From an uncultured delta proteobacterium (GTDB lineage Bacteria; Desulfobacterota; Desulfuromonadia; Desulfuromonadales; JACZKF01): a stretch of 64,000 nt of DNA. Shown in pieces: positions 22,242 to 34,807 of the stretch (within the stretch, counting starts at the first letter, position 1; each line of letters opens with the position of its first letter). A model generated the notes under the pieces. That model made no database searches. It was not told the origin of the DNA and saw only the letters and a list, made by a program, of their open reading frames with translations. The stretch covers positions 32,001 to 96,000 of the forward strand of contig CAWFKQ010000004.1 in NCBI GenBank assembly GCA_963816395.1. Reading direction: 5' to 3'. The position numbers were made by a program, and so were the translations under genes.

Positions 22242-24894
22242 TTACGGGCGCTGCAGCTGGCCGGCGATCAGCGCATCGGCGGCATTCAACGCCTGGTCGA
22301 GGTGCTCCGGCCGGCTGCCGCCGGCTTGGGCGAGATCGGCCCGGCCGCCCCCCTTGCCGCCCACCTGCTCGGCCAGTTTCTGCACCAGTCGGCCGGCTGG
22401 CAGACGATCGGCGAGATCACGAGTCACCGCCACCAGGAGATTGGCTTTCCCCTCAGCCGCGCTGCCGAGGATGATCACCCCCGAAGCCAACCTTTCCCGC
22501 AGTTGATCAGCCATTTCCCGCAGGCCCTTGCCGTCGGCACCGTCCACCCGAACGGCCAGTACCCGGATTCCGGCGACCTCGTGGGCTTTCTCCAGCAGTT
22601 CGCCGGCGCGGCTGGCATTGAGACGCCCCTGCAGCGATTCGACCTCGCGCTCCAGTTCCTTCTGCCGCTCCAGCAGCTTCTGCAGGCGCGGCTCCAGTTG
22701 GCTGCGATCGCTCTTCAGGGCGGCGGCCAGGCGATCGAGGATCTCCTCTTCCTGATGGACCAGTGCCGTCGCCTTGGCCCCGGTTACCGCCTCGATGCGC
22801 CGCACCCCGGCGGCGATCCCGGTTTCCTGGATGATCTTGAACAGGCCGATGTCACCGGTGGCCCGGATATGGGTGCCGCCGCAGAGTTCCATGCTGAAAT
22901 CCCCCACCCGGACCACCCGCACCCGCTCGCCGTATTTTTCGCCAAAGAGGGCGGTGGCGCCGGCGGCGATCGCCTCGGCGGCGGCCATCTCCCTGGTTTC
23001 CACCTGCTGGTTGTCGCGGATGCGGCGGTTGACTTCCTCTTCCGCCTGGAGCAGTTCGGCCGGGGTGAGCGGAGAGAAATGGGTGAAGTCAAAACGCAGC
23101 CGGTCGGGGGTGACCAGGGAGCCAGCTTGCTTCACATGTTCCCCGAGCACCTCGATGAGCACCGCCTGGAGGATATGGGTGGCGGTATGGTTGAGCGCGG
23201 TCGCCTGGCGGGTGGAGGGTTCCACTTTCAGGTCGGCGGCATCGCCGGTGCGCAGGGTGCCGGCGAGGATCTCCCCGAAGTGGACGACGAGGTCCGGCAG
23301 CGGCTTGCGGGTATCGGTGACCCGGACCCGCGCGAGGCCGGTGCTGATCTCACCGCGGTCCCCGACCTGCCCCCCCGACTCGCCGTAGAAGGGGGTGATG
23401 GAGGTGACGATCTCCACCCGGTCTCCTTCGCAGGCTTCCGGCACCGGCTCGGCCGTCGCGCAGGAGGGCGAGGACCGTCCCGTAATCGCTGAGGCCGTGG
23501 TAGCCGGTGAACTCGGTGCGCGTCCCTGCCTCCCGCAGCTGCCGGTAGACGGCGCCGATCGACTCCTCGCCGGAGCCCTTCCAATGCTCCCGCGCCTGCT
23601 GCCGCTGCCGCTCCATGCGCGCCTCGAAGCCCGCCTCGTCCAGGGTGAAGCCCTCGTTGCGGACGATGTCGGCGGTGAGATCGGTGGGAAAACCATAGGT
23701 ATCATAGAGGCGGAAGACGACCTCGCCGGGGATGACGCTCTGCCCCGACTTCTTCAGGGTTGCCATTTCCTCGTTGACGATGGCGAGACCGCGGTCGAGG
23801 GTTTCGGCGAAACGCTCCTCCTCGGCCCGCACAACCTTACGGACGTACTCCTCACGCTCCAGGAGGTCGGGGTAGGCGCCCCCCATGATTTCGTTGACAG
23901 CGTCGACCATCCGGTAGAGGACGGGCTCGACGAAGCCGAGCATCTTGGCGTGGCGGGCGGCCCGGCGCATGATCCGGCGCAGCACGTAGCCGCGCCCCTC
24001 GTTGCTCGGGAGCACGCCGTCGGCGATGAGGAAGGTGGTGGCCCGGGCGTGGTCGGCGATGACCCGCATGGAGACGTCATCCTTGTGGTCATCCCCGTAG
24101 CGTTTGCCGGAGAGAGCCGCGACCTGGCGGATGATCCCCTGCAGCAGGTCGGTATCGTAATTCGATTTCACCCCCTGCATGACCGTGGCGATCCGCTCCA
24201 GCCCCATGCCGGTGTCGACCGAGGGCTTGGGCAGAGGCGTCAGTGCCCCGTCGGCGGCACGGTTGAACTGCATGAAGACGTTATTCCAGATTTCCATGTA
24301 GCGGTCGCAGTCGCAGCCGACGGTACACTCGGGGCTGCCGCACCCCACCTCGGGGCCGTTGTCCCAGAAAATCTCGCTGCAGGGACCGCAGGGGCCGGTG
24401 TCTCCCATGGACCAGAAATTGTCTTTCTCGCCGAAACGGAAGATCCGCTCGCGCGGCACCCCTTCCTGTTGGTGCCAGATGTCGGCCGCTTCTTCATCCT
24501 CGGTGAAGACGGAGACGTAGAGGCGCCCCCGATCGAGTCCCAGGTCTCGGGTCAGGAATTCCCAGGCAAAGGCGATGGCCTCCTTCTTGAAGTAGTCGCC
24601 GAAGGAGAAATTCCCCAGCATCTCAAAGAAGGTGTGATGGCGGGCGGTGCGGCCGACGTTCTCCAGGTCATTGTGCTTCCCCCCGGCGCGGACGCATTTC
24701 TGAGAGGACGCGGCGCGCGCGTATTCCCGCTTCTCCCGCCCGAGGAAGACGTCCTTGAACTGGTTCATTCCGGCATTGGTGAAGAGCAGGGTCGGGTCGT
24801 TGTGCGGGATCAGCGGCGAGGAGGTGACGACGGTGTGCCCGCGCTCTTCGAAAAATTTCAGGAATCGGCTGCGAATCTGGTTTCCGGTGAGCAT
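22242..24894 (-). CDS. alaS: alanyl-tRNA synthetase, frameshifted
   Basis: [58 protein letters not shown]. Confidence 0.97.
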
Positions 24895-24901
24895 AATGAC
24901 T

Positions 24902-25363
24902 TTAGTCTACCTCTCTTCCCTGCAGAATATCCAGAATCAGCGGCAGGGCGAAGCCCCGGCGCAGAAAAAAGCTGATTACCCGCCGCCTCTGTCGTTGGTC
25001 GGCGGCGGTAAAATTGAAATCCGGGTACCGTCGACACAGCAGCCCGGCCAGAATCTCCCGTTCATTTTCACCGTCGTGCTCGGCAAGGGCCGTTCGGGCC
25101 AGTTCCTCCGGGACGCCGTGCGCCAGCAGGTCTGCCAATAGCCGCGGACCGACGGCCCGCCCGGACTGCAGCAGAACCCGGACCCGCTCGCGGGCGAATC
25201 GCGCATCGTCCAGGTAGCCCAGTTCGCGGCAGCGGGCGAGGGCGGCCTCGATCGCCGGCTCGCTGCAGCCGCGCCGGCGCAGCCGCCCCGCCAGCTCGGA
25301 GCTGCTGCGTTCGCGTACCGCCAGCAGGCGCAGGGCGATGGCAAGAGGCTCAGAAACGCTCAA
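24902..25363 (-). CDS. recX: regulatory protein RecX
   Basis: [30 protein letters not shown]; downstream of recA. Confidence 0.88.
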   Translation of the reverse strand: MSVSEPLAIALRLLAVRERSSSELAGRLRRRGCSEPAIEAALARCRELGYLDDARFARERVRVLLQSGRAVGPRLLADLLAHGVPEELARTALAEHDGENEREILAGLLCRRYPDFNFTAADQRQRRRVISFFLRRGFALPLILDILQGREVD

Positions 25364-26507
25364 GATCGATCTTTTTCGCCTCCGGCGCGGGCGGCCCCTC
25401 CTCCTTGTCGAAGTCCTCCCAGCTGAGATCGGAAGTGGAGGAGATCCCTGAGACCTTGAGCTTGAAGTCGTCGGGATTGGAGCATTGCCGCAAAGCTTCT
25501 TCGAAGGTGATGAGCTTGCGCTTGAGCAGCCCCATCAGCGACTGGTCGAAGGTCTGCATGCCATAGGAGACGAATCCCTGCTGGATGGCGTCACGCAGCT
25601 GCTTGGTCTTTTCCTTGTCGTCGATCAGCTCCCGGGTGCGGGCGGTGGAGATCAGCACTTCCACTGCCGGAACCCGCCCCTTGCCATCCGCCCGAGGGAC
25701 CAGACGCTGGGAGACGATTCCCTTGAGCACCGCCGCCAGCTGGAGGCGTACCTGCCGCTGCTGGTACGGGGGAAAGACGGAAATGATGCGGTTGATGGTC
25801 TCAGGGGCATCGATGGTGTGCAGGGTGGAAAGGACCAGGTGACCCGTTTCGGCGGCGGTCAGCGCCGTCTCGATCGTCTCGTAGTCGCGCATTTCACCCA
25901 CCAGGATGACATCGGGGTCCTGCCGCAGGGCGCTTTTCATGGCGATGTCGAAGCCCTCGGTATCGAAGCCGACTTCGCGCTGGTTGATGATGCTCTTCTT
26001 GTCCCGGTGCAGGAACTCGATAGGGTCTTCGATAGTGACGATATGCGCCATGCGGTTCATATTGATGAAGTCGATCAGTGCTGCCAGGGTGGTCGATTTG
26101 CCCGAGCCGGTGGCGCCGGTGACCAGGATCAGACCGCGGTGCTCGGCGGCGAGCTTTTTCAGTACCGGCGGCAGCAGCAGGGCATCGAGGCCGGTGATTT
26201 CATAGGGAATGGCGCGGAAGACCAGGGTAATGGTGCCGCGCTGGGAGAAAACGTTGACGCGAAACCGGCCCAGCCCCGGCACGCCGTAGGCGAGATCGAC
26301 CTCCCGCACCTCATCGAAACGCGCCCGCTGCTTGTCATTCATGATGGCAAAGGCGACCTTCTGGGTCCAGTCAGGGGCCAGGCGGGGCGCCTTGGGCAGC
26401 GGCCGCAGAGCGCCATCGATGCGGAAAATCGGCGGCAGACCGGCCTTGAGGTGGATGTCGGAGGCCCGGACCTTGAGCGCCACCCCGAGGATTTCATTCA
26501 ACTCCAT
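25350..26507 (-). CDS. pilT: type IV pilus retraction ATPase (PilT/PilU family)
   Basis: [45 protein letters not shown]. Confidence 0.92.
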   Translation of the reverse strand: MELNEILGVALKVRASDIHLKAGLPPIFRIDGALRPLPKAPRLAPDWTQKVAFAIMNDKQRARFDEVREVDLAYGVPGLGRFRVNVFSQRGTITLVFRAIPYEITGLDALLLPPVLKKLAAEHRGLILVTGATGSGKSTTLAALIDFINMNRMAHIVTIEDPIEFLHRDKKSIINQREVGFDTEGFDIAMKSALRQDPDVILVGEMRDYETIETALTAAETGHLVLSTLHTIDAPETINRIISVFPPYQQRQVRLQLAAVLKGIVSQRLVPRADGKGRVPAVEVLISTARTRELIDDKEKTKQLRDAIQQGFVSYGMQTFDQSLMGLLKRKLITFEEALRQCSNPDDFKLKVSGISSTSDLSWEDFDKEEGPPAPEAKKIDLERF

Positions 26508-26510
26508 ATA

Positions 26511-27534
<1,024 letters not shown>

Positions 27535-27579
27535 AAGGTCAACCTCCAGTCTGGATACGGGTAAACGGCAGTCCCCTGT

Positions 27580-28141
27580 TCACTCTCCCAGGAGTACGGT
27601 TTTTCGCGGCAGGTGAACGGCGCCCGTCGGCTGCAGGCGGCTTTCGAAGAGAACGATCTGGTCCACCTCCAGGATTCCGCAGGGCACATCCCTGTACCGG
27701 TCAAGGATGGCGCGTGCCCCCGGGGGTCGGTCCCCGGTTGCGCCCCAGAGTCAGGTGCGGGGAAAAGGATCGCTCCTCGCCGGGCAGGCCGATGTCCCCC
27801 AGTCCCGTCTCGAGAGCGGAGTAAAGAGCCATCAGCGCCTGCTCCTCCTGAATCCCCAGCCAGATCACCCGTGGCCGGGCGGGGGAAGGGAAAGCGCCGA
27901 TACCGGCGACCGGCACCTGGAAGGGAGGGTGTAAGCGCCCTACGGATAGCATAACTTCCCCTATTTTTTCAAGGAATTCTTCCGGGATGTCGCCGAAAAA
28001 GCGGAGGGTCAGGTGCATCGTTTCCGGGCGCACCCAGCGGACGTGGGGGAAGGAATCAGCCAGCTTGCGGCAGAGCCCCTGTGCCGTCCGCACAATCTCC
28101 TCGGGCAGGGGAATAGCGAGAAACGCCCGTACCTGTCGCAT
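27580..28141 (-). CDS. thpR: RNA 2',3'-cyclic phosphodiesterase (2H family), frameshifted
   Basis: two HLTL motifs, GAFP..RPRVIW; C-terminus LFESRLQPTGAVH in another frame. Confidence 0.88.
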
Positions 28142-28152
28142 AGGACCTCCTC

Positions 28153-28246
28153 GGGAGATGGGAGGTAGTGAGATAGCAAGTGGAAGAACCCAGATCAAGC
28201 TACCTGAAGATTTTACTATCTCACTATCTCCCTACTCACTACCTCC
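28153..28246. repeat. period-8 repeat hairpin containing the cinA stop
   Basis: GGGAGGT AGTGAGAT AGCAAGT ... ACTATCTC ACTATCTC CCTACTC ACTACCTC. Confidence 0.75.
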
Positions 28247-29485
28247 CTGCCTTCCAACCAGATACCGGCGCAGCCATTCCAACCCCATGCAGGCGGCCAT
28301 TCGGCGGATCTGCCCCCGGTCGCCGCCGAAGCGGTACATCTTCACCTGCTCGGCGGTGGCCGTCGCCAGGGCGAGAAAGACGGTGCCCACCGGTTTCTGC
28401 GGCGTGCCGCCGGTGGGACCGGCGATACCGGTGACCGCCAGGCCGAGGTCGCTGCCGGCGGCCTCCCGGATCCCCCGCGCCATAGCCCGGGCGCAGGCCT
28501 CGCTGACTGCCCCGTCGTTCTCCAGCACCGCCGGCGGGACCCGCAGCCAGTCGGTCTTGGCGCTGTTGGCGTAGGTCACCGCGGCGCGCTCGAGAAAAGC
28601 GGAGGCTCCGGGGATATCGGTGAGCCGGGCGGCAATCAGGCCGCCGGTGCAAGATTCGGCCAGGGCCAGGGTGAGACCGGAAGCGGTCAGCAGGCGGACC
28701 ACATTCCCCGCGAGGGTCTCGCTGCCAATGGCCACCAGGTGCTGGCCGAGGGCCCGCCGCACCGGCAGCTCGGCCCGATCGAGAAGCGTTTCGGCCGTCT
28801 CCCCCGCCGCGTGCAGCTTGGCATGAACGAAAGGGAAATCGACGCCGAAGGCAACTTCGACGCCGGCCGGCAGGTCGGCCGCCGCCAGGATTTCCTCCAC
28901 CCGCGGCTCGGGCAGGCCAAAAGTTTTGAAGACCCGCTCCTGACGGGGAAAGTATTCGCCTCCGCTGAGTTCCCGCAGGTGGGGGAGGACGCTGGCCTCC
29001 AGCATGGCCGCCATCTCCTCCGGCACTCCGGGGAGGAAGAAGAGGGTCAGGCCGTCATGCTGGAGGAAAAAGCCGGGGGCGCTGCCGACCGGGTTGGGGA
29101 TGATGGTCGACTTCTGCGGCAGCAGCGCCTGCTTTTCATTGCGCGGGTGCATTTCCCAGCCGGTGCGGCGGAAATGCTCCCGGATCTGCTGCAGCGCCTC
29201 TTCATGCAGCACCAGCCGCCGCTTGAAGGTGCGAGCCGCGACCCGGGCGGTCAGGTCGTCGGCGGTCGGACCGAGGCCGCCAGTGACGATGACGGCATGG
29301 CGCCGGCCGGCCAGCGCCAGCAGGGCCTCCTCAATATCCGTTTCAACATCCGCCACCGTCAGCGACTCGCGCAGGACATAGCCATGCGCCGCCAGTTCTC
29401 CGGCAATGTGGCGGGTATTGGTGTCCGCCATCTCACCGCTCAACAATTCGCTGCCGACCGTCAGCACGCTAATGTGGAAGGACAT
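28232..29485 (-). CDS. cinA: competence/damage-inducible protein CinA (MocF + NMN deamidase)
   Basis: GGLGPTADDLT, GSAPG, AESCTGG, TGIAGP, KPVGTV. Confidence 0.95.
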   Translation of the reverse strand: MSFHISVLTVGSELLSGEMADTNTRHIAGELAAHGYVLRESLTVADVETDIEEALLALAGRRHAVIVTGGLGPTADDLTARVAARTFKRRLVLHEEALQQIREHFRRTGWEMHPRNEKQALLPQKSTIIPNPVGSAPGFFLQHDGLTLFFLPGVPEEMAAMLEASVLPHLRELSGGEYFPRQERVFKTFGLPEPRVEEILAAADLPAGVEVAFGVDFPFVHAKLHAAGETAETLLDRAELPVRRALGQHLVAIGSETLAGNVVRLLTASGLTLALAESCTGGLIAARLTDIPGASAFLERAAVTYANSAKTDWLRVPPAVLENDGAVSEACARAMARGIREAAGSDLGLAVTGIAGPTGGTPQKPVGTVFLALATATAEQVKMYRFGGDRGQIRRMAACMGLEWLRRYLVGRQGGSE

Positions 29486-29617
29486 GGAAAGCTCCGCCGG
29501 AAAAATAAAGGGAAAAGCGGGAGGGCTGAGAAGCGAATTTTACCACGGGCATGCAGACCAGAGGTAAATAACTTCGTGGTGAAACTCGCGACTCCGAGCT
29601 CCGGTTTTCGTCAATCG

Positions 29618-30073
29618 TTACCGCGCGGTCAGATAGAGTATCAGGCGCAGCGCCAGCGCCCCATAAAAACCGGCAACGACGTCATCGAGCACCACCCCGA
29701 CCCCGTTCTTCATCCGCCGGTCGAACCAGGAGGCCGGAAAGGGCTTGACGATATCGAACAGCCGGAACAGGACGAAGCCGAGAATGGCCGCGCGCCAGGA
29801 GAAGGGGAGGAAGGCGACGGTGACCAGGTAGCCGGTCAATTCGTCGATGACGATACGGCCATCGTCCACCACCCCGTAGATCTTCCCCGCGGCGCCGGCC
29901 GTCCAGCAGGCGACCAGCAGGATGGCCAGCCAGACCCCCGCATAGACGGTCGCCGGCCGGCCGGCCAACAGGTAAAAAACCGGCGGGCCGGCGAGGGTGC
30001 CGAAGGTGCCGGGAACGACCGGGGCGAGGCCGAGTCCGGCATTGGTGGAGAGAAAAAGAATCAGGCGGCGCAT
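29618..30073 (-). CDS. pgpA: phosphatidylglycerophosphatase A
   Basis: PGTFGTL, IVIDE, FRLFDIVKP, DDVVAG. Confidence 0.93.
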   Translation of the reverse strand: MRRLILFLSTNAGLGLAPVVPGTFGTLAGPPVFYLLAGRPATVYAGVWLAILLVACWTAGAAGKIYGVVDDGRIVIDELTGYLVTVAFLPFSWRAAILGFVLFRLFDIVKPFPASWFDRRMKNGVGVVLDDVVAGFYGALALRLILYLTAR

Positions 30074-30086
30074 AAAATTCAGAAAA

Positions 30087-30146
30087 AGGTTCAAGGCACA
30101 AGGTTGAAGGCATAAGATTCAAGGTATCAGGCTTCACCTTGGACCT
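30087..30146. repeat. period-7 repeat tract containing the larC stop
   Basis: AAGGTTC AAGGCAC AAGGTTG AAGGCAT AAGATTC AAGGTAT. Confidence 0.6.
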
Positions 30147-31317
30147 GTTTTTCAAAGAGTGCGTCCGCCGCCCGCTCCACCAGGCGATAGACCTCCGGCA
30201 GCGGCCGGCCGGCGGCGGTGGCCAAACGCCGGCAGCTCTCGTACTCGGGGGCGATCCGCACCAGCCGCTCCCCTTCATAGAGCAGCTTAACCTCCGCCTC
30301 TCCCAGGGGCGTGGCCACCGTTGCCGGTTGCCGACGCAGCTTGCGGCGCTGCGCCGGATAATGCCGGACGCCGATGGCGCTGCTCTCGTGCAACAGCAGT
30401 CGGGCCAGGGCATCGCTGCCAGCGGGGCGGGCGATCACCGTTACCCTCACCCCGGGGCGATTTTTCTTCATCTGCAGAGGGGAATACGCGACATCGAGTG
30501 CCCCGGCCGTCAGCAGGCGGTCCATCAGGTGCCCCAGCCATTCCGGGTTGGCATCGTCGAGATGGGTTTCCAGAACATCAACCCGGTCGGTTTCCCCTTC
30601 CCCGCCGGCATCTCCCAGCAGGCCGCGCAGCAGATTGGGCCGGTCGTCCAGCTGCCAGCCGCCCACGCCGTAGCCGGTGCGGGTCAGGGTCATGGCGGGC
30701 AGAGGGGTGAAGGCGGCGATCTCGGCGGCAATGGCGGCGCCGGTGGGGGTGACCAGCTCCCGCTCGCTGGCGGCATCGGTCACCGGCACTCCCTGCAGGA
30801 TTTCCGCCGTTGCCGGCGCCGGCAAGGGGAAATTGCCGTGGGCGGTGCGGACCAGGCCGCGGGAAAGGGGGAGGGGAGAGCAGCTGACCTGGCCGATCCC
30901 CAACTGGTGCAGGCCGACGGCGGCGCCGGCAATATCAAGGATGGAGTCGAGGGCGCCGACCTCATGGAAATGGACCGTCTCCATCGGCACCCCGTGCACC
31001 TTCGCCTCGGCGACGCCGATGCGGCGGAAGATGCGCCGGGCCAGCTCCCGGACCGGCGCCGGCAGAGCGCTCTCAGCGAGCATGCAGTCGATGCCGGCCC
31101 AGGTGCGATGGTGCTTTTGCTCTTCGCAGAGCACCTCGACCCGCGTCCCCTCGATCCCCAGCCTTTTTTCCCGGCGACACTCCAGGCGCCAGCCGGTGAC
31201 CGGCAGTTTGCGCAGTTCCGCCTCAAGTTCAGCCAGGGGCAGGCCGAGATCGACCAGCAGGCCGAGGAACATGTCGCCGGAGATACCGGCGAAGGTGTCG
31301 AGATAGAGAAGTTTCAT
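30127..31317 (-). CDS. larC: nickel insertase LarC (nickel-pincer cofactor biosynthesis)
   Basis: GISGDMFLG, VHFHEVGALDS, PAPAT, ELVTPTGAA, MKKNRPG, PEYE. Confidence 0.93.
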   Translation of the reverse strand: MKLLYLDTFAGISGDMFLGLLVDLGLPLAELEAELRKLPVTGWRLECRREKRLGIEGTRVEVLCEEQKHHRTWAGIDCMLAESALPAPVRELARRIFRRIGVAEAKVHGVPMETVHFHEVGALDSILDIAGAAVGLHQLGIGQVSCSPLPLSRGLVRTAHGNFPLPAPATAEILQGVPVTDAASERELVTPTGAAIAAEIAAFTPLPAMTLTRTGYGVGGWQLDDRPNLLRGLLGDAGGEGETDRVDVLETHLDDANPEWLGHLMDRLLTAGALDVAYSPLQMKKNRPGVRVTVIARPAGSDALARLLLHESSAIGVRHYPAQRRKLRRQPATVATPLGEAEVKLLYEGERLVRIAPEYESCRRLATAAGRPLPEVYRLVERAADALFEKQVQGEA

Positions 31318-31335
31318 GGGAATCGGGCTCAATTT

Positions 31336-31415
31336 TAACGCGGAGGCGCGGAGACGCGAAGAAATCTCTTGATCAGGAATTCCGGTTTTCTCTGTGCCTC
31401 TGCGTCTCCGCGTTA
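31336..31415. repeat. repeat hairpin (CGCGGAGG type) between larB and larC
   Basis: TAACGCGGAGGCGCGGAGACGCG ... TGTGCCTCTGCGTCTCCGCGTTA. Confidence 0.7.
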
Positions 31416-31429
31416 TTGTTTTTTGTTGG

Positions 31430-32188
31430 TTATCCCGCTCCGAGACGGTTGATGCGGGTGGCGGCGAACGCGGCGCCAAAGCCATTGTCGATATTGACCA
31501 CGGTGACGCCGCTGGCACAGGAATTGAGCATGCCCAGGAGGGCGGCGACGCCGCCGAAGGCGCTGCCGTAGCCGACGGAGGTGGGGACGGCGATCACCGG
31601 CACGCTGACCATGCCGCCGATCACCGAAGGCAGGGCACCTTCCATGCCGGCGATCACGATCAGGACCGCAGCCTGGCGCAGCCGGTCGAGGTTGGCCAGC
31701 AGCCGGTGCAGCCCCGCTACCCCGACATCGACCACCTCCTCCACCTCGTTCCCCAGCATCCGGGCGGTCACCGCTGCCTCCCGCAGCACCGGGATGTCGG
31801 AGGTGCCGGCGCAGACCACGGCGATTTTCCCCCGGCCGCGCAGTTCGACAGGTGTCTGCATCAGGATGAAGGTACGGCCGTCCGGATCATATTCCCCCCC
31901 GGAAAAGCGGGCCAGCAGGGAATCGGCCTTCTCCCGGGCGAGGCGGGTGATCAGGATGTTGCTGCCCCGTTCGGCCATTTTCGTTACGATGGTCAGCAGC
32001 TGTCCGATGCTTTTCCCCTCCCCCAGCACCACCTCCGGCGCCCCCTGGCGCAGCTCCCGGTGATGGTCGATCAGGGCCACCCCGACATCCTCGAAAGGCA
32101 GGGAGCGCAGGCGCTCCACGCCGCTTTCGACGGAAATCTCCCCGGCACGGATGGCGGCCAGCAGGTTTTGCAGTTCGGTAAGGTTCAT
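31430..32188 (-). CDS. larB: NaAD carboxylase/hydrolase LarB
   Basis: DHHRELRQG, AGTSD, DVGVAGLHRL, GMEGALPS, PTSVGYG, MLNSC, NIDNGFGA. Confidence 0.93.
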   Translation of the reverse strand: MNLTELQNLLAAIRAGEISVESGVERLRSLPFEDVGVALIDHHRELRQGAPEVVLGEGKSIGQLLTIVTKMAERGSNILITRLAREKADSLLARFSGGEYDPDGRTFILMQTPVELRGRGKIAVVCAGTSDIPVLREAAVTARMLGNEVEEVVDVGVAGLHRLLANLDRLRQAAVLIVIAGMEGALPSVIGGMVSVPVIAVPTSVGYGSAFGGVAALLGMLNSCASGVTVVNIDNGFGAAFAATRINRLGAG

Positions 32189-32301
32189 GGCGACAGTTCA
32201 GGATAAAAGGGCCAGGCCTGCGGCAGGAAACCAGCATAGCAGAGGATGGGGCCTTTTTAAAGCAGTTCCACACGGGCCTGGCCCACCCTAAAAGGATGAA
32301 A

Positions 32302-32326
32302 ATAGGGGCGTGCGTCGCTCCCCTAT
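32302..32326. repeat. degenerate REP-like palindrome at the ftsK stop
   Basis: ATAGGGGCGTGCGTCGCTCCCCTAT. Confidence 0.45.
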
Positions 32327-34600
32327 GGGGAAAGGCGATTGATGAAGACCTCGCGCGGCCGGCTGGTGCCGTCGGAAGGGCCGACGATCCCGTCCTGTTC
32401 CATTTTCTCGATGATGCGCGCGGCCCGGTTGTAGCCGAGACGCAGGCGGCGCTGCAGCATGGAGATGGAGGCCTGGCGGGTTTCGGCGACGATGGCCACC
32501 GCCTCGTCCCACTTCTCGTCGAGGCCGTCCTCCTCTTCGGTGCCGCCGCCTTCGCCGGCGGGAGGTGCCTCGAGGATCGATTTGTCGTACTCGGGCTCTC
32601 CCTGCTTTTCCAGAAAATCAACCACCCGCTGCACTTCCAGTTCGGAAACGAAGGCGCCGTGCACCCGCTGCAGGGCGCCGGTGCCGGGCGGGAGGAAGAG
32701 CATATCGCCCATTCCAAGCAGGGTTTCAGCTCCCATCTGGTCGAGAATGGTGCGCGAATCGATGCGGGAGAAGACCTTGAAGGAGATGCGGGTGGGGAAA
32801 TTGGCCTTTATCAATCCGGTGATGACATCGACGCTCGGCCGCTGGGTGGCCAGGATCAGGTGGATGCCGGAGGCACGCGCCATTTGCGCCAGTCGGGCGA
32901 TCGACTCCTCGATCTCGCGTCCCGCCACCATCATCAGGTCGGCCAGCTCATCGACGATGACCACGATGTAGGGGACATGGCCATGTTCCAGCACCTCCCC
33001 TTCCGCCAGCTCAATTTCCGGCAGAGCCTCCTCATCCGCTTCCACCGGTTCCACCACCAGCTGCCCGCGGGCTTTGAGCTCCTCCTTCTCCTTTTCCTCC
33101 TTGGCGATCTTCTTGTTGTACCCCTCGATATTGCGCACCCCCTTGTCGGCCATCAGCTTGTAGCGGCGCTCCATCTCCCGTACCGCCCAGGCCAGGGCCA
33201 GGGCGGCCTTCTTCGGATTGGTGACCACCGGCAGCAGCAGGTGGGGAATCCCCTCGTAGATGGAGAGCTCAAGCATTTTCGGATCGACCATGATGATCCG
33301 CACCTCCTGCGGGGTGGCGCGGTAGAGGAGAGAGAGAACCATGGTATTGATGGAAACCGACTTGCCGCTGCCGGTAGAGCCGGCAACCAGGAGGTGCGGC
33401 ATCTTGGCGAGATCGCCGACCACGGTGCGGCCGAAAATGTCCTTGCCCAGGGCCATCGGCAGCCGGCATCCCGATTTCTGAAACTCCTCCGACTCGAAAA
33501 TTTCCTTGAGATAGACCGTTTCCCGTCTCCTTGTTGGGAATCTCGATGCCGACCACGCCGCGGCCGGGAATGGGGGCGACGATGCGGATGGAGAGGGCCT
33601 TCAGCGCCATGGTCAGGTCGTCGGAGAGACCGGCGATCTTGTTCACCTTGACGCCCGGGGCGGGGGCAAACTCGTACATGGTGACCACCGGTCCCGGCTT
33701 GACCTCGACCACCTCGCCCTGGACACCGAAATCCTGAAGCTTCTTCTCCAGGATGCGGGCATTCATCATCAGGGAATCCCTGTCCACCGGCCGGGCCGCT
33801 TCCCCCTCATGGGCGAGCAGGCTCAGCGGGGGCTTGTGATAGGTTCCCTCCGGCTCCAGAAAATCGAAGACCACCTGCGCCGGCGCCTCCCCTTTTTTCT
33901 TCTTGCCGGGAGATTTGGCCGGGGCCGGCAGCTGTTTCGGCTCGGGGGCGGCGATCAGCAGCGCCGCAACCGGTCGCTCTTTTTTCGACGGTTTCTGCGC
34001 CTTCTTTGCTGCCCGCACCTCCCGCCGCTGCTCCAACACCTGGGCGCAGCGCTCCAGCAGCCCTTCGAGGAAGAGGACCATAGAGAAGCGGGCGGTGAGC
34101 ATCAGGGAGACCAGGAAGAAGACGAGAAGGAAAACGGTGGCGCCCGGGACGTTGAGCCAGGCGGCGAGAATATCCACCAGCAGCCGGCCGAGGGCGCCCC
34201 CGGCCTGCTGGATGGTCTGGCCGGCGAAGGCAACCTGCCGGAATTCAAGGGCGATCAGCCCGGAGAGGGAGAGCAGCAGCACCAGAAAAGCCGCCCCCTT
34301 GTACAGGTGCACCTTGACATCGCGGAACTTGAGGAGCCGCCAGGCGAAGAGGAAACAGGCAAAGGGAAGGAGATAGGCCGGCAGGCCGAACAGCTGCAGC
34401 AGCAGGTCGGCCAGGTGTGCCCCCACCACGCCGCCGAAATTGCGGATGACGGCCGGGTGCAGGTTGTTGTTGAAAGATGGATCGCCCTGATCGAAGGAAG
34501 TCAGGCAGATGAGCAGGAAAATTCCGGCCGCCAGCCAGAATACGCCGGCGATTTCCTTCTTCAGGTGCTCCCGGAGAAAAGGTTTCGGTTCCCTCGTCAT
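32323..34600 (-). CDS. ftsK: DNA translocase FtsK, frameshifted
   Basis: N-terminal TM domain, [24 protein letters not shown], gamma domain [16 protein letters not shown]. Confidence 0.96.
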
Positions 34601-34807
34601 AATTCAGGCCCTATGGGAATTTACCGTCTTTTCGCCGGAACCGGCTGCGTTACGCCGGTTCCACAAAAGGGCGGAATCAGGCTGCCCACTGGCAGCAGCA
34701 TGCGGATGTCTGAATGGCAACCGGCGTCAATCCCCGGCGCTCTTCAACTGGAAAAGATTGCAATAGTCGAGCCAGGGCGGCGGATGCCGGAAAAGCTTCA
34801 GGTCGAA

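Noticed and set aside
25350..26507. pilT inserted between recA and recX as a novelty
   Set aside because: Recalled as the usual arrangement in Geobacter-like genomes.
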